Under the pieces are notes generated by a model. The model was not told the DNA's origin. It saw nothing but the letters and a program-made list of their open reading frames with translations, and did not search any database. Positions 27,975 to 37,268 of a stretch of DNA of 64,000 nucleotides are shown in pieces. Origin of the DNA: Candidatus Levyibacteriota bacterium (GTDB lineage: Bacteria; Patescibacteriota; Microgenomatia; Levybacterales; UBA12049); assembly GCA_052034235.1 (NCBI GenBank), contig JBPOIT010000012.1, forward strand, positions 34,161-98,160, given 5' to 3'. The stretch's first letter is position 1. Every line of letters begins with the position of its first letter. A program made the translations under genes and the position numbers.

Positions 27975-28718
27975 CTAAAGCTCAATGGCTTTTGTCTCAG
28001 TTTTTTTCACCTTCCAATAACTGTTGGTTTCAAAAAGACTGTCAAACGTCCCTGCATCACTCCAAAATCCATCAAGATTTGCCCAACTTAACTTACCCGA
28101 TTCGATATATATATTATTGACATCAGTTATTTCCAGCTGACCTCTTTCTGAAGGTTCAAGCTTTTTAATGTAACTGAAGACTTTTTCGTCATAGATATAA
28201 AGTCCTGTTACCGCCATATCACTTTTGGGATGTTTTGGTTTTTCTTCAATACCTACTACTTTATTTGAATCTTCTTTATCAAACTCGGCAACACCGAATC
28301 TATATGGATCACGAACTTTTTTGAGGAAAACCACAGAGCCGTCTTTAAAATCTTGTACTGTTTGTGAAATATCTGCGTCCGTTGTGTTGTCCCCTAAAAT
28401 AACGGCAATCGGTCCGCCGTCGGCAAAGTCTTCAGCAAGCGCCAGTGCGTCTGCAATACCTCCATCAGGTTTTTCTTGATAGGAATATTCTAAATGCGTT
28501 ACTCCAAGTTCTTTGCCGTTTTTAAGCACTCCTAGAAAATCTCCAACATGAGGACCACTGGTAACGAGCATGATATCTGTGATGCCTGCTTTAACGAGGG
28601 TTGAAATAGGATAATAAATCATGGGCATGTCATACACAGGAAGCAAATGCTTGTTGGTGACATGTGTAAGAGGATATAATCTTGTTCCGAGTCCGCCTGC
28701 TAAAACAACGCCTTTCAT
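27975..28718 (-). CDS. rmlA: Glucose-1-phosphate thymidylyltransferase (short form)
   Basis: LAGGLGTRLYPLT..NKHLLPVY, LGDN, EEKP, RGQLEITD, WSDAGT. Confidence 0.92.
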   Translation of the reverse strand: MKGVVLAGGLGTRLYPLTHVTNKHLLPVYDMPMIYYPISTLVKAGITDIMLVTSGPHVGDFLGVLKNGKELGVTHLEYSYQEKPDGGIADALALAEDFADGGPIAVILGDNTTDADISQTVQDFKDGSVVFLKKVRDPYRFGVAEFDKEDSNKVVGIEEKPKHPKSDMAVTGLYIYDEKVFSYIKKLEPSERGQLEITDVNNIYIESGKLSWANLDGFWSDAGTFDSLFETNSYWKVKKTETKAIEL

Positions 28719-28775
28719 GTTATTGTCCTGATATTATACTATACAAATTACAAAATCAACTCTCTAAATGAGGAG

Positions 28776-29711
28776 TTATTTTTGCACTTTTAACTTAGCT
28801 AGTGCACGTTTGTGCAGTATATCTATGCCTTTATAAATTGTCTTTTGTACAAACGCAGGATACGTTTCACTATAGTTCTTTTTGAAAAAAATTCTCATAG
28901 CTTCAAATCTGGCAGCTTGTACTCGTTTTTTACCTTCAAGATTTGCGGTTGTTATATTTTGTGATTTTTTCTTTATACCGCTTGAAGCACCGCCAATATG
29001 CATAATACTTACTTCACCAACATAATAAATTTTGTAGCCGAGTTTTCTTATGTCATAACAGAACTGCAGATCTTCACCATAAAAGAAATAATCTTCATCC
29101 CACCATCCTATTTTCTCTCCAATTTCTCTTCTAACCAGGAGAAATGCACCTTCTACTGCATCCACTTCATGTGTTGTCCGCATATCCTTCCACCCCTGCG
29201 TGTACCCGGCAAATAATCGACTTTTAGGAAATACCCGCTGCAAACCTGAAAAGTAGGCAAACGCATTCCAGGGAGTTGGGAAACCCCGATGCGAATTAAA
29301 ATCCATCTCACCATCTTTATTAATAAGCTTACAAGACGAAGCACCCGCTTCTTTATGTGCATCCATAAATTCGACCATGTACGTGAGGGTTTTGGGATAA
29401 ACAATTGTGTCGGGATTCAGAAAAAGTATATATCTCCCGGTTGCATAAGGGAGACCTTTGTTATTGCCTGCTGCAAAACCAATATTGCCGCCATTATCAA
29501 TGGGCTGAAAGACTTTAATTTTTGTGTGTTTTTTGTATCCTTCAAATGCAGCAAATGAGCCGTCTGTTGATGCGTTGTCTGTAACGATAACCTCATAATT
29601 TCCTGATGCAACTTCCTTTGGATAATGTTCTTCGATAGAACGAATAGCATCAAGGGTAATCTCTTTTGTATTGTAGGACAGGATGATGATTGATAAATCA
29701 GCTTGCTGCAT
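28776..29711 (-). CDS. GT2 glycosyltransferase (WbbL/rhamnosyltransferase-like)
   Basis: DNASTDGS, GFAAGNN, LNPD, GAFLL, FFYGED, H.GGAS. Confidence 0.9.
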   Translation of the reverse strand: MQQADLSIIILSYNTKEITLDAIRSIEEHYPKEVASGNYEVIVTDNASTDGSFAAFEGYKKHTKIKVFQPIDNGGNIGFAAGNNKGLPYATGRYILFLNPDTIVYPKTLTYMVEFMDAHKEAGASSCKLINKDGEMDFNSHRGFPTPWNAFAYFSGLQRVFPKSRLFAGYTQGWKDMRTTHEVDAVEGAFLLVRREIGEKIGWWDEDYFFYGEDLQFCYDIRKLGYKIYYVGEVSIMHIGGASSGIKKKSQNITTANLEGKKRVQAARFEAMRIFFKKNYSETYPAFVQKTIYKGIDILHKRALAKLKVQK

Positions 29712-29714
29712 ACG

Positions 29715-29984
29715 TTATAGAACAAAATACGTGATTGCGAAACCGAAGAGGCCGAAGATTGCATACTCAGCAGCTATTTTTACTGTAAGTGAATGGTGAA
29801 TAAATTGATGCAAGATAGACCAAAAGAAATATATTCCTGTGAGAAGTAAGACAATCATTAACTGCATTGATCTATCTGCTGAAGCAAGAAACACTAACAC
29901 CAAACCAGTTACTTGTAGCACAGCAAGCGCTGCATAATACCAGATATGTTTTCGAATTTTTGCTTGAAAAGTTAAATGCTCCAC
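29715..29984 (-). CDS. Small 3-TM membrane protein
   Basis: GTG 29984 lies 7 nt after TATAAT; three hydrophobic helices, WSILHQFIHH motif. Confidence 0.65.
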   Translation of the reverse strand: MEHLTFQAKIRKHIWYYAALAVLQVTGLVLVFLASADRSMQLMIVLLLTGIYFFWSILHQFIHHSLTVKIAAEYAIFGLFGFAITYFVL

Positions 29985-30052
29985 TAGAGTAATTATATAC
30001 CTTATCCTGCAACTGAAACAACCTGAAGTATTACTGTGATACAATAAAGACG

Positions 30053-30973
30053 ATGAAGAATGTTGCTGTCGTTACCGTTAATTACAATACTGCAGAGGAC
30101 ACTAAATCGTTCATTGAGTCCTTCGAGAAACTGAATACCCAGGGTCTCACCATGCAAATCATTATCGTTGATAATGGTTCAAAAGAAATATTTACACTTC
30201 CCGAAAAAGCGAAAAAAGAATCATTAACACTCATACGATCAGAGGAAAATACAGGGTTTTCGGGAGGGTTTAACATTGGTATCAAAGAAGCACTCGGCAA
30301 AGGTGTCGACTACGTGCTTATCGTTAACAACGACACGCTTATGCAGAGGGATATGGTTTTGGAATTACTTGAAGTTCTTAATAGTAAACCGGAAATCGGT
30401 GTCACCGCACCTAAGATTTACTTCTCAAAAGGTCATGAATTCCATAAAGACAGATATAAAAAAGAAGATTTGGGAAAAGTGTTTTGGTTTGCGGGCGGAT
30501 ATACTGATTGGAATAACGTCCAAAGTATCCATCGCGGTGTTGACGAAGTTGACCATGGACAATATGACACAGTTGAGAAAATTGCATTTGCTTCAGGCTG
30601 CTGCATGATGTTTAAACGGGAAGTACTCGAAAAAGTAGGATTTTTTGACGACAGATATTTTCTTTATTACGAAGATGCCGATCTCAATGAACGCATCAAC
30701 CGAGCAGGTTACGACGTCTACTACGTCCCTACAGCCGTACTGACACACGTCAATGCTGCATCATCCGGTGGTGCAGGCAATGTTTTGCAGGATTATTTCA
30801 TTACACGTAACAAAATGCTCTTCGGAATGACATATGCACCACTTCGCACAAGAGCAGCTCTTATCAGAGAAAGTATCAGACTTCTCAGAACTGGAAGGCC
30901 TTTTCAGAAAAAAGCCATACGAGATTATTATTTGAGGAAATTTAATAAAGGAACGTTTTTTGATACCCGCTAA
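30053..30973 (+). CDS. GT2 glycosyltransferase
   Basis: VDNGS, NTGFSGGFN, VNND, SGCCM, FLYYEDAD; TGaTACAAT 7 nt upstream. Confidence 0.9.
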   Translation: MKNVAVVTVNYNTAEDTKSFIESFEKLNTQGLTMQIIIVDNGSKEIFTLPEKAKKESLTLIRSEENTGFSGGFNIGIKEALGKGVDYVLIVNNDTLMQRDMVLELLEVLNSKPEIGVTAPKIYFSKGHEFHKDRYKKEDLGKVFWFAGGYTDWNNVQSIHRGVDEVDHGQYDTVEKIAFASGCCMMFKREVLEKVGFFDDRYFLYYEDADLNERINRAGYDVYYVPTAVLTHVNAASSGGAGNVLQDYFITRNKMLFGMTYAPLRTRAALIRESIRLLRTGRPFQKKAIRDYYLRKFNKGTFFDTR

Positions 30974-31851
30974 ATCCCGTCCAGCGCTTTTTGATATGTC
31001 TCCATAAGGTATGCATTTTTAGTCATGTTACCGATTGTCAGTAATAAATTGGCTTTTATAACAAGCATGCTTTTCATAATCGCATATTCTCTTTTTGAAC
31101 GATGTTTTTGATAAAAATATAAAAGATTTTTGTAGATATTAACAATAGCAAATGTTTTATTTGAACTCCCCTGATCTTTATGCAAAACAAATGCATTTGG
31201 GAAGAAATAAACCGCATATCCTGATTGAGACGCGCGGTAACAAAGCTCCATATCTTCAATATACATAAATATCTTTTCATCAAATCCGCCGAGTCTTTTA
31301 AAGACTTCTTTTCGAATCAGCAGCATACCACCCTTTACCCAATCAACTTTTTTGACCTGTTTTGGACTTTTATCAAGTAAGCCTAACTTATGACCTCCAA
31401 TCAGCAAAAGAAATGCAGGCCAAAGTGTATAAAACGTTCCGGCACAGGGTTGAAGTGTCCCATCAAAATTTTTCATCTGACCCCCCAAAATCGAAGCCTC
31501 ACTATGTGTTGCGAGGAAATGAGCCATTTCAAAAATACTTTTGTCTTTTACGACTGTATCGTTATTGAGAAAGAGAATATATTCACCAATTGAGGCTTGT
31601 GCGCCTTTATTACATCCAGCAGCAAAACCTGCATTGGAATCATTGGCTATCACCTGCACGTTTTTATACTGTTTCGTTGTTATTTCCTGATTTAACACGT
31701 CAACTGAATCATCCTGAGAATCATTGTCAACAATAATGAGTTCAATTTTATCCTGAGCGAATTCCTGAGCAAATTGCTCAAAAAGCGACGTCATGCACGC
31801 AAGCGTCAATTCTTTCTTTTTATAATTGAGTGTCACTATCGAAATAACCAT
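30970..31851 (-). CDS. GT2 glycosyltransferase
   Basis: VDNDSQDDS, GFAAGCN, LNND, WVKGG, FMYIED. Confidence 0.9.
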   Translation of the reverse strand: MVISIVTLNYKKKELTLACMTSLFEQFAQEFAQDKIELIIVDNDSQDDSVDVLNQEITTKQYKNVQVIANDSNAGFAAGCNKGAQASIGEYILFLNNDTVVKDKSIFEMAHFLATHSEASILGGQMKNFDGTLQPCAGTFYTLWPAFLLLIGGHKLGLLDKSPKQVKKVDWVKGGMLLIRKEVFKRLGGFDEKIFMYIEDMELCYRASQSGYAVYFFPNAFVLHKDQGSSNKTFAIVNIYKNLLYFYQKHRSKREYAIMKSMLVIKANLLLTIGNMTKNAYLMETYQKALDGI

Positions 31852-31857
31852 AAAGTG

Positions 31858-32757
31858 TTAGAGGACATGTCCCCGCTGAAGGATCATTATCGCAAATAGT
31901 ATCATCAGTAAAAAGGCTATATGGTCAGTATTATGAGCAACAAGCCTCGCAATCTTTTTGCGTTCAATAATGACTGCATCAAGAAGAAGTACCATGATAA
32001 GTAGCCCGATGATACCATAGGCAATCTGTTGGGTGAACTTTTCACTGTTCACAAGCGGCTCTGTTGTTAAACCTGCGGCGTTTGCCTGAGCGATTGGTAT
32101 CGGCTGATTTGGAACATCCTCTTCAACAACAGCCGGGACACCTGAATTAGACGCACTTGCATCAGCAATTTGCTGTCCATCTGAACTTGACTCAGTTCCA
32201 AACATTTCAACAACCAGTACTGTCTCTGAGCCAGTCAGACTCCCTGTTGAGATAGCAAATCCAATGTCTGAGTAATTTGGCGACATGATATTCTCACGAT
32301 GCGTCGGGCTTGCCATCCAGGCTTCAACAACTTCAGGAGCTGTGGTAAAACCGCGAGCTAAATTTTCACCTGCGTATAGATATTCATACCCTGCACCTCT
32401 TATGAAATACCACGGAGTCGTTCCATCAGGCCCAATATGCGCCCAGAAATTTTTAGCAAACATATATTTTGCCTTGGCTGCAGCTGCCGTTTCGAGTTCT
32501 GTATTCATCGTTAAAGCCTTAAGCCCTTTTTCCGCACGTTTTTTATTGGTGAGTTCAAGTAATTCTTCTTTAGAGATATTTGCTGTTATGCCAAGAACTG
32601 AAGGGTAGGTCGATTGAACGGATTTTAGGAAAAACGTCGAGGTAATAATAAGTAAAATTAGAACAAGAAGTGTCTGTTCATGCAGTAAACGTGGCCTATG
32701 GTTATTGGATTCATGAGGCACCAAATAATGCCGTATGTGGTGCAGGAAATGTTTCAT
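31858..32757 (-). CDS. Membrane-anchored CAP (SCP/Tpx) domain protein
   Basis: PHESNNHRP, TM, TNKKR, FWAH, AGENLA, WMASPTHRENI, two C-terminal TMs; ATG 32757 follows TGcTATACT. Confidence 0.9.
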   Translation of the reverse strand: MKHFLHHIRHYLVPHESNNHRPRLLHEQTLLVLILLIITSTFFLKSVQSTYPSVLGITANISKEELLELTNKKRAEKGLKALTMNTELETAAAAKAKYMFAKNFWAHIGPDGTTPWYFIRGAGYEYLYAGENLARGFTTAPEVVEAWMASPTHRENIMSPNYSDIGFAISTGSLTGSETVLVVEMFGTESSSDGQQIADASASNSGVPAVVEEDVPNQPIPIAQANAAGLTTEPLVNSEKFTQQIAYGIIGLLIMVLLLDAVIIERKKIARLVAHNTDHIAFLLMILFAIMILQRGHVL

Positions 32758-32834
32758 ACTCGATTTAGTATAGCATCTCATGAATATCTTTTAATATAGT
32801 AAGATGCAAACACGAGTGGTTTCACATAAGCTTT

Positions 32835-33170
32835 TTATTGATATACCGCATCAACCTGTTCACCAACTTTTTTGCCGTTTACGGGGACTTTGAGAAGAAA
32901 TCCAAGTGTGTTGGCAATGGTGATTCCAACACGAAGCCCGGTAAATGATCCTGGACCAGGATATACCTCAATTCCAGTAAGATCTTTTAAGGTCAAATTA
33001 TGTTCCTCAAGTAACGCTTCAGCCATGGGCAGTACGACTTGGGCTTTTCTATGATCAGGAATTTGTTTTTTTATAAACTCCTTCTCATCAAGCTTTAAAC
33101 TAACAATGATTTCTTTATTGTTGGAGGTATCTATATAAATAATCTTTTCTTTGCTATGTTCTTCTTTCAT
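32835..33170 (-). CDS. tsaB: Short TsaB (t6A biosynthesis), N-terminal lobe only, 111 aa
   Basis: IYIDTS, GPGSFTGLRVG; ATGA overlap with tsaC. Confidence 0.85.
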   Translation of the reverse strand: MKEEHSKEKIIYIDTSNNKEIIVSLKLDEKEFIKKQIPDHRKAQVVLPMAEALLEEHNLTLKDLTGIEVYPGPGSFTGLRVGITIANTLGFLLKVPVNGKKVGEQVDAVYQ

Positions 33171-33748
33171 AATTTTATTGTTACTGATCCTTGACGTAGC
33201 ACGTTCCATGGAGTGACAGTGCAGTCAATAACTGTTGAGGCAAGTTTTGTATGGCATTCACCAGGGACAACATAATCGACTAACTTTGTCAGTTCAGGGT
33301 TGAGATCTTCAAACTCGTAAGGTGTTTTCTCTCCACTGAAGTTTGCAGAAGGTCCAAGTAAAGGAACACCAACACCGCTTATAAGCTCTAGTGTCGTCAA
33401 ATGATCAGGCACTCGCACACCAAGAGTCGTTGTCCCTCCACGAATAAGGTTTGAGACATTCTGAATTTTGCTTTGTAGAACAATTGTTAACCCACCAGGC
33501 CAATATGGTTTGACTAATTTATCAACGACGTCTTCCGGCACTGTTTCAAGATAAGGTTCAGCCATATTTAAACTGGAGATAAGTACTGAGGTCGCCTGCG
33601 ACTCTGGCCGTTTCCTGATAGAAAACAAACGCTTTACAGCTTTTTCATCATCCATCCGACAGCCGATACCAAAAGCGGTATCTGTTGGGAAAATAACTAT
33701 CCCTCCTGCCTTAAGTACCTTAATAGCTTGTTGAATATCATCTTTCAT
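33167..33748 (-). CDS. tsaC: Threonylcarbamoyl-AMP synthase
   Basis: FPTDTAFG, K.R, WPGGLT, GVRVP, SANFSG, ASTVID. Confidence 0.92.
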   Translation of the reverse strand: MKDDIQQAIKVLKAGGIVIFPTDTAFGIGCRMDDEKAVKRLFSIRKRPESQATSVLISSLNMAEPYLETVPEDVVDKLVKPYWPGGLTIVLQSKIQNVSNLIRGGTTTLGVRVPDHLTTLELISGVGVPLLGPSANFSGEKTPYEFEDLNPELTKLVDYVVPGECHTKLASTVIDCTVTPWNVLRQGSVTIKL

Positions 33749-33750
33749 CG

Positions 33751-34161
33751 TTATTTAAAAATAATTCTTCTCTGATCATCTTTGAGATACTCAAACTCAA
33801 TAGAGATAGTCTTTTTCGGGAGATGATGATCAATTTTCTCCGGCCACTCTATAACGACAATATTCTCAGGGTCGTTTATTATCTCAAGCAACCCTAATCC
33901 TTCAACATCTTTTTCAGTTTCAACACGATACAAATCGACATGGTAAAAATGCCCATATGTTCTCATAATAATAAACGTTGGAGATATAATTTTTTTCTCA
34001 ATCCCTAACCCTCTAGCCAAACCTTGCACAAAGGTTGTTTTCCCTGAGCCTAAATCACCATGCAGTGCAAGGACTGACCCTTTTTTAAGATTTTTGGCAT
34101 AATCAAAAGCCAGTGTTTGGGTTTCTTCAAAACTATTGGTAAGAATTCTTTTTTCTGTCAT
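33751..34161 (-). CDS. tsaE: t6A biosynthesis ATPase TsaE
   Basis: GDLGSGKT, SPTF, HVDLYR, IEWPE; ATG 34161 preferred. Confidence 0.95.
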   Translation of the reverse strand: MTEKRILTNSFEETQTLAFDYAKNLKKGSVLALHGDLGSGKTTFVQGLARGLGIEKKIISPTFIIMRTYGHFYHVDLYRVETEKDVEGLGLLEIINDPENIVVIEWPEKIDHHLPKKTISIEFEYLKDDQRRIIFK

Positions 34162-34177
34162 TTTTGTTTCAAGTTGA

Positions 34178-35035
34178 TTAAAGCATTTTTCGCTTTTTAA
34201 TGACAACTAGTATACCACAGGCGATACAAAAAACTGTGCCTGAGACCAAAATAAGATACGGCGGAGCTACTGCGCTTTTAACCATAACCGTTTCTTTAGG
34301 CTTTTGCGAAAGAGTAGCTTTTAATTTTGTCGTTGCAGATCTTGATGAAACCCCAAGAATTGCTGTTGGTATGCTACTTATTTGAGGAAGCTTAGCTGAT
34401 ATCTGCGGTGATTTTATCTTTTTTACGCTGCTCTCTCCTTCGATTTTAACAGTTGAGGGTTTTGGCGTTGGAAGTTTTGTCGGTGTCGGGATTTTTGTAG
34501 GGGTAGGCGTTCTCGTTGGTGTTGGCTCTTTCACAGGTGTTGGTGTATTTTCAGGTATAGCTGTGGGTATTGGAGCGAGTATCGAATTTGTATTGGTTGC
34601 CGATTTTGAAGGATTTTGAAACACAACCCATGCTGAGCCCCCGTTATTTTGTCTTCCTGCGCTTTGTCCTGTTTGCGGAGCTGGTAAATTTTCAGAACTT
34701 CCATATGCGATTTCATCATGGATGTTGGCTTCATCTGCTTTTGAAACAAGCTTTATGATATCTTTACTGTTATTAAGCTTTGATCCCCACTCAAATGCGA
34801 CGTATCCTCCGGGCTCTATCTGTCCACTGAGATCTAGTTTATTTGTGGCAGAACTATCCCGAAAGCTGTACACATCGAGAATTACGATTTCTGCAGCGTC
34901 ATTGTAAAGTTCAATCCAGTCATCGGAACCACTTGAGTAAAATTCATTTATCCAGATCTTGGCCGATGCTTCAGTTGGCAAAGAAAAAAACACAAACAGC
35001 AAGACACAAAGAATAGGCAGAAAATTCTTAAACAT
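34178..35035 (-). CDS. Lamin-tail domain surface protein with PT-rich stalk and C-terminal TM anchor
   Basis: Signal peptide, IWINE...DWIELYN, LNNSKD.I.L, PTPTRTPTPTKIPTPT, C-terminal TM plus KKRK. Confidence 0.85.
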   Translation of the reverse strand: MFKNFLPILCVLLFVFFSLPTEASAKIWINEFYSSGSDDWIELYNDAAEIVILDVYSFRDSSATNKLDLSGQIEPGGYVAFEWGSKLNNSKDIIKLVSKADEANIHDEIAYGSSENLPAPQTGQSAGRQNNGGSAWVVFQNPSKSATNTNSILAPIPTAIPENTPTPVKEPTPTRTPTPTKIPTPTKLPTPKPSTVKIEGESSVKKIKSPQISAKLPQISSIPTAILGVSSRSATTKLKATLSQKPKETVMVKSAVAPPYLILVSGTVFCIACGILVVIKKRKML

Positions 35036-35104
35036 GTATATATTTATCTAATAATATAATAGTAGCAAAGTTAGGGAAAATAATAAATAACTTTCATTGG
35101 ATAA

Positions 35105-36310
35105 CTAGTAGTTAATATGGAGATAAAGGGTATTGAGGCCTAAATCGGGATGTACAACTTTTACGTAACGTAAACGGCAGCCATTTCCTCCTGTGTAACT
35201 TCCCTGATACAACGTTCCAGGCTTGACTGCTTTGACTTCAAATGATGACCCAATAATATCAATGCCGTTATGAAAGCTGTAAATTTGTCCGACATAAGAA
35301 TTTCTGACTGCCCACGTGCTGCCATAACCTTGTGTCATTTTAATTGGACCACTAATCGGCCATTCCCAATCACCTGAAGGATTAAATGGATCACCATCAC
35401 TGCTTCCACATGAAGAACCAGAACAATTTTCAGAGTCTATTCCTTTGAGATACCCAAAGGGATTTGCAGTGCTTCCTGATTTATTGACAATAAAATGTAA
35501 ATGCGCTCCTCCTGAATTACAGGAAGGTCCAGGAATAACACTTGCAATTCGTTCTCCCTGTGCAACTTGGCGTACTTGCGTTTCATTTCCCCCACCAGCA
35601 ACGATGTTTTGGATAGCTTCATATTCCGCACGCGCGTTTGCTAACAATTGCTGATAATTCTTTTCCTGACCTTTTGTATCTGCGAGTAACTTTTCCTTAT
35701 TTTTTTTGTCACTATCAAGCTGTTTCGTGTATTCTTCAAGCTGCACTTTTAGTGCTTCAATTTTTATCTTTTTCGTTTCGAGAATATTTTTTTGATTTTC
35801 ATAATCATTTTTCGCCTGCTGGGTATCATAAAGTAAACGTTTGTCATGTGCCTGGACAACTTTTATGTAATTAATTCGTGAAATAACTTCACCGATGTCA
35901 TCTGACGTCAAAATCAGTTGTAATGGATCAACATTCCCTGTTTTATAGGTAGCAACAATTCTGTTTATGAGCACCTTGCTCACATTATCAAGCGAACCTT
36001 CGAGGTTGGTCATTCTTTTGGAAGCAGAATCTATATCAAGTGTAATATCAGTGATTTCTTGTTGCGTCGCGTTCATTCGATACTCAGTAAGTGTAATTTG
36101 ATTATCCATCACTCCTATTTGTGAAGCGAGTGAATTTCCTTGGTTACGAAGTTCAGTTACCTTACTTTCAAGTTCCTGAATTTTACCCTGGAGTTCACTT
36201 AATTTTGAAGGACTATTTGTTTGCGCGAAGACAGCGACACTGTAGAAACCAAAAAGTAATACAAGTGTACAGAAGAAGAGTATAAATGATTTTTTTTGAA
36301 CTCGGATCAT
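35105..36310 (-). CDS. Coiled-coil (PcsB/CwlO/EnvC-like) protein with circularly permuted M23 peptidase domain
   Basis: Signal peptide, ~200-aa coiled coil, HLHF at aa 270-273 before HNGID at aa 347-351 and YLH at aa 396-398; follows ftsEX. Confidence 0.85.
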   Translation of the reverse strand: MIRVQKKSFILFFCTLVLLFGFYSVAVFAQTNSPSKLSELQGKIQELESKVTELRNQGNSLASQIGVMDNQITLTEYRMNATQQEITDITLDIDSASKRMTNLEGSLDNVSKVLINRIVATYKTGNVDPLQLILTSDDIGEVISRINYIKVVQAHDKRLLYDTQQAKNDYENQKNILETKKIKIEALKVQLEEYTKQLDSDKKNKEKLLADTKGQEKNYQQLLANARAEYEAIQNIVAGGGNETQVRQVAQGERIASVIPGPSCNSGGAHLHFIVNKSGSTANPFGYLKGIDSENCSGSSCGSSDGDPFNPSGDWEWPISGPIKMTQGYGSTWAVRNSYVGQIYSFHNGIDIIGSSFEVKAVKPGTLYQGSYTGGNGCRLRYVKVVHPDLGLNTLYLHINY

Positions 36311-36400
36311 AGGCAGAGCCGCATTGTAGCGGGTTCCATTTTACTACACCTGGTGGATAATACCAACCGTTTAAGCAAAATACCAGTTGTAATGCGTAGT

Positions 36401-37267
36401 TTACTTAAGATAACGAAGGACTGCAAGCGAGCTGGCAAGCATTCCAAGAATGATTGCGATAATAAGCTCAACTGCCAACAGTTCAACCAGAAAGAGTGGA
36501 TTGACAGGTACAAGTGGAATTCCTTTTTGGAATGATTCAATAGCAGGCGTCGCATAAAGAAGCGCACCTGATGCAATAAGCCAGCCCAATACTGTTCCGC
36601 CTATTCCATACAAAACGCCTTCCAGAATAAACGGTTTTCTAATATACCAATTGGTAGCAGAAAGTAATTTCATAATTTCAATTTCATCACGTTTTTGGGA
36701 AACCTTAAAGCCGATCACTGTCATCATAATGAAGACAGAGACCATGGCAAGCACAATGATAAGGATAAATCCTACCATACGAACGCCATTGGTAAGTGAC
36801 GTTAATGTGGATACAACATCTTCAAGGTAAATAACTGTCTCAATATAAGGCGATGCCTTGAGTGATTCTGAAATCGGTTTAAGATCTTCAATTTGATAAG
36901 TTGAGACCTCAATCGATTCAGGCAAAATACTTTCACTGACAAACTCTCGAAGCAGTGGATCGTCTTTGTTCTGCTCGTTATACAGTTTTACTGCATCTTG
37001 CTTGGAAACAAATTTGACACTCGCAACTTTCCCTGTTGCCACAAGTGATTGTTGTACTGCGGTGATATCTTGTTCTGATGCTTCTTCTTTAAAGAAAGCA
37101 ACAACTTGCGGTTTGGATTCAAAATATTGAATAGCGACTGATGAACCAAAAACAATAAATGCGAATACGGAAATGGCAACAATGGTCAGCATCATAATAA
37201 AAATTGAAGCCATAGCCTGATAGGGCGTTCTACGGATATGTTTCATGGTTGTTTTAACTGCACTCAT
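36401..37267 (-). CDS. ftsX: Cell division permease FtsX
   Basis: TM1, extracellular loop with FVSKQDA and LPESIEV, EIEIMKLLSATNWYIRKPFILEG; ATG 37267 directly after ftsE stop. Confidence 0.93.
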   Translation of the reverse strand: MSAVKTTMKHIRRTPYQAMASIFIMMLTIVAISVFAFIVFGSSVAIQYFESKPQVVAFFKEEASEQDITAVQQSLVATGKVASVKFVSKQDAVKLYNEQNKDDPLLREFVSESILPESIEVSTYQIEDLKPISESLKASPYIETVIYLEDVVSTLTSLTNGVRMVGFILIIVLAMVSVFIMMTVIGFKVSQKRDEIEIMKLLSATNWYIRKPFILEGVLYGIGGTVLGWLIASGALLYATPAIESFQKGIPLVPVNPLFLVELLAVELIIAIILGMLASSLAVLRYLK

Positions 37268-37268
37268 A

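Noticed and set aside
36307-36576. 89-aa ORF bridging ftsX and the peptidase gene
   Set aside because: Mostly overlaps ftsX out of frame; no recognisable features
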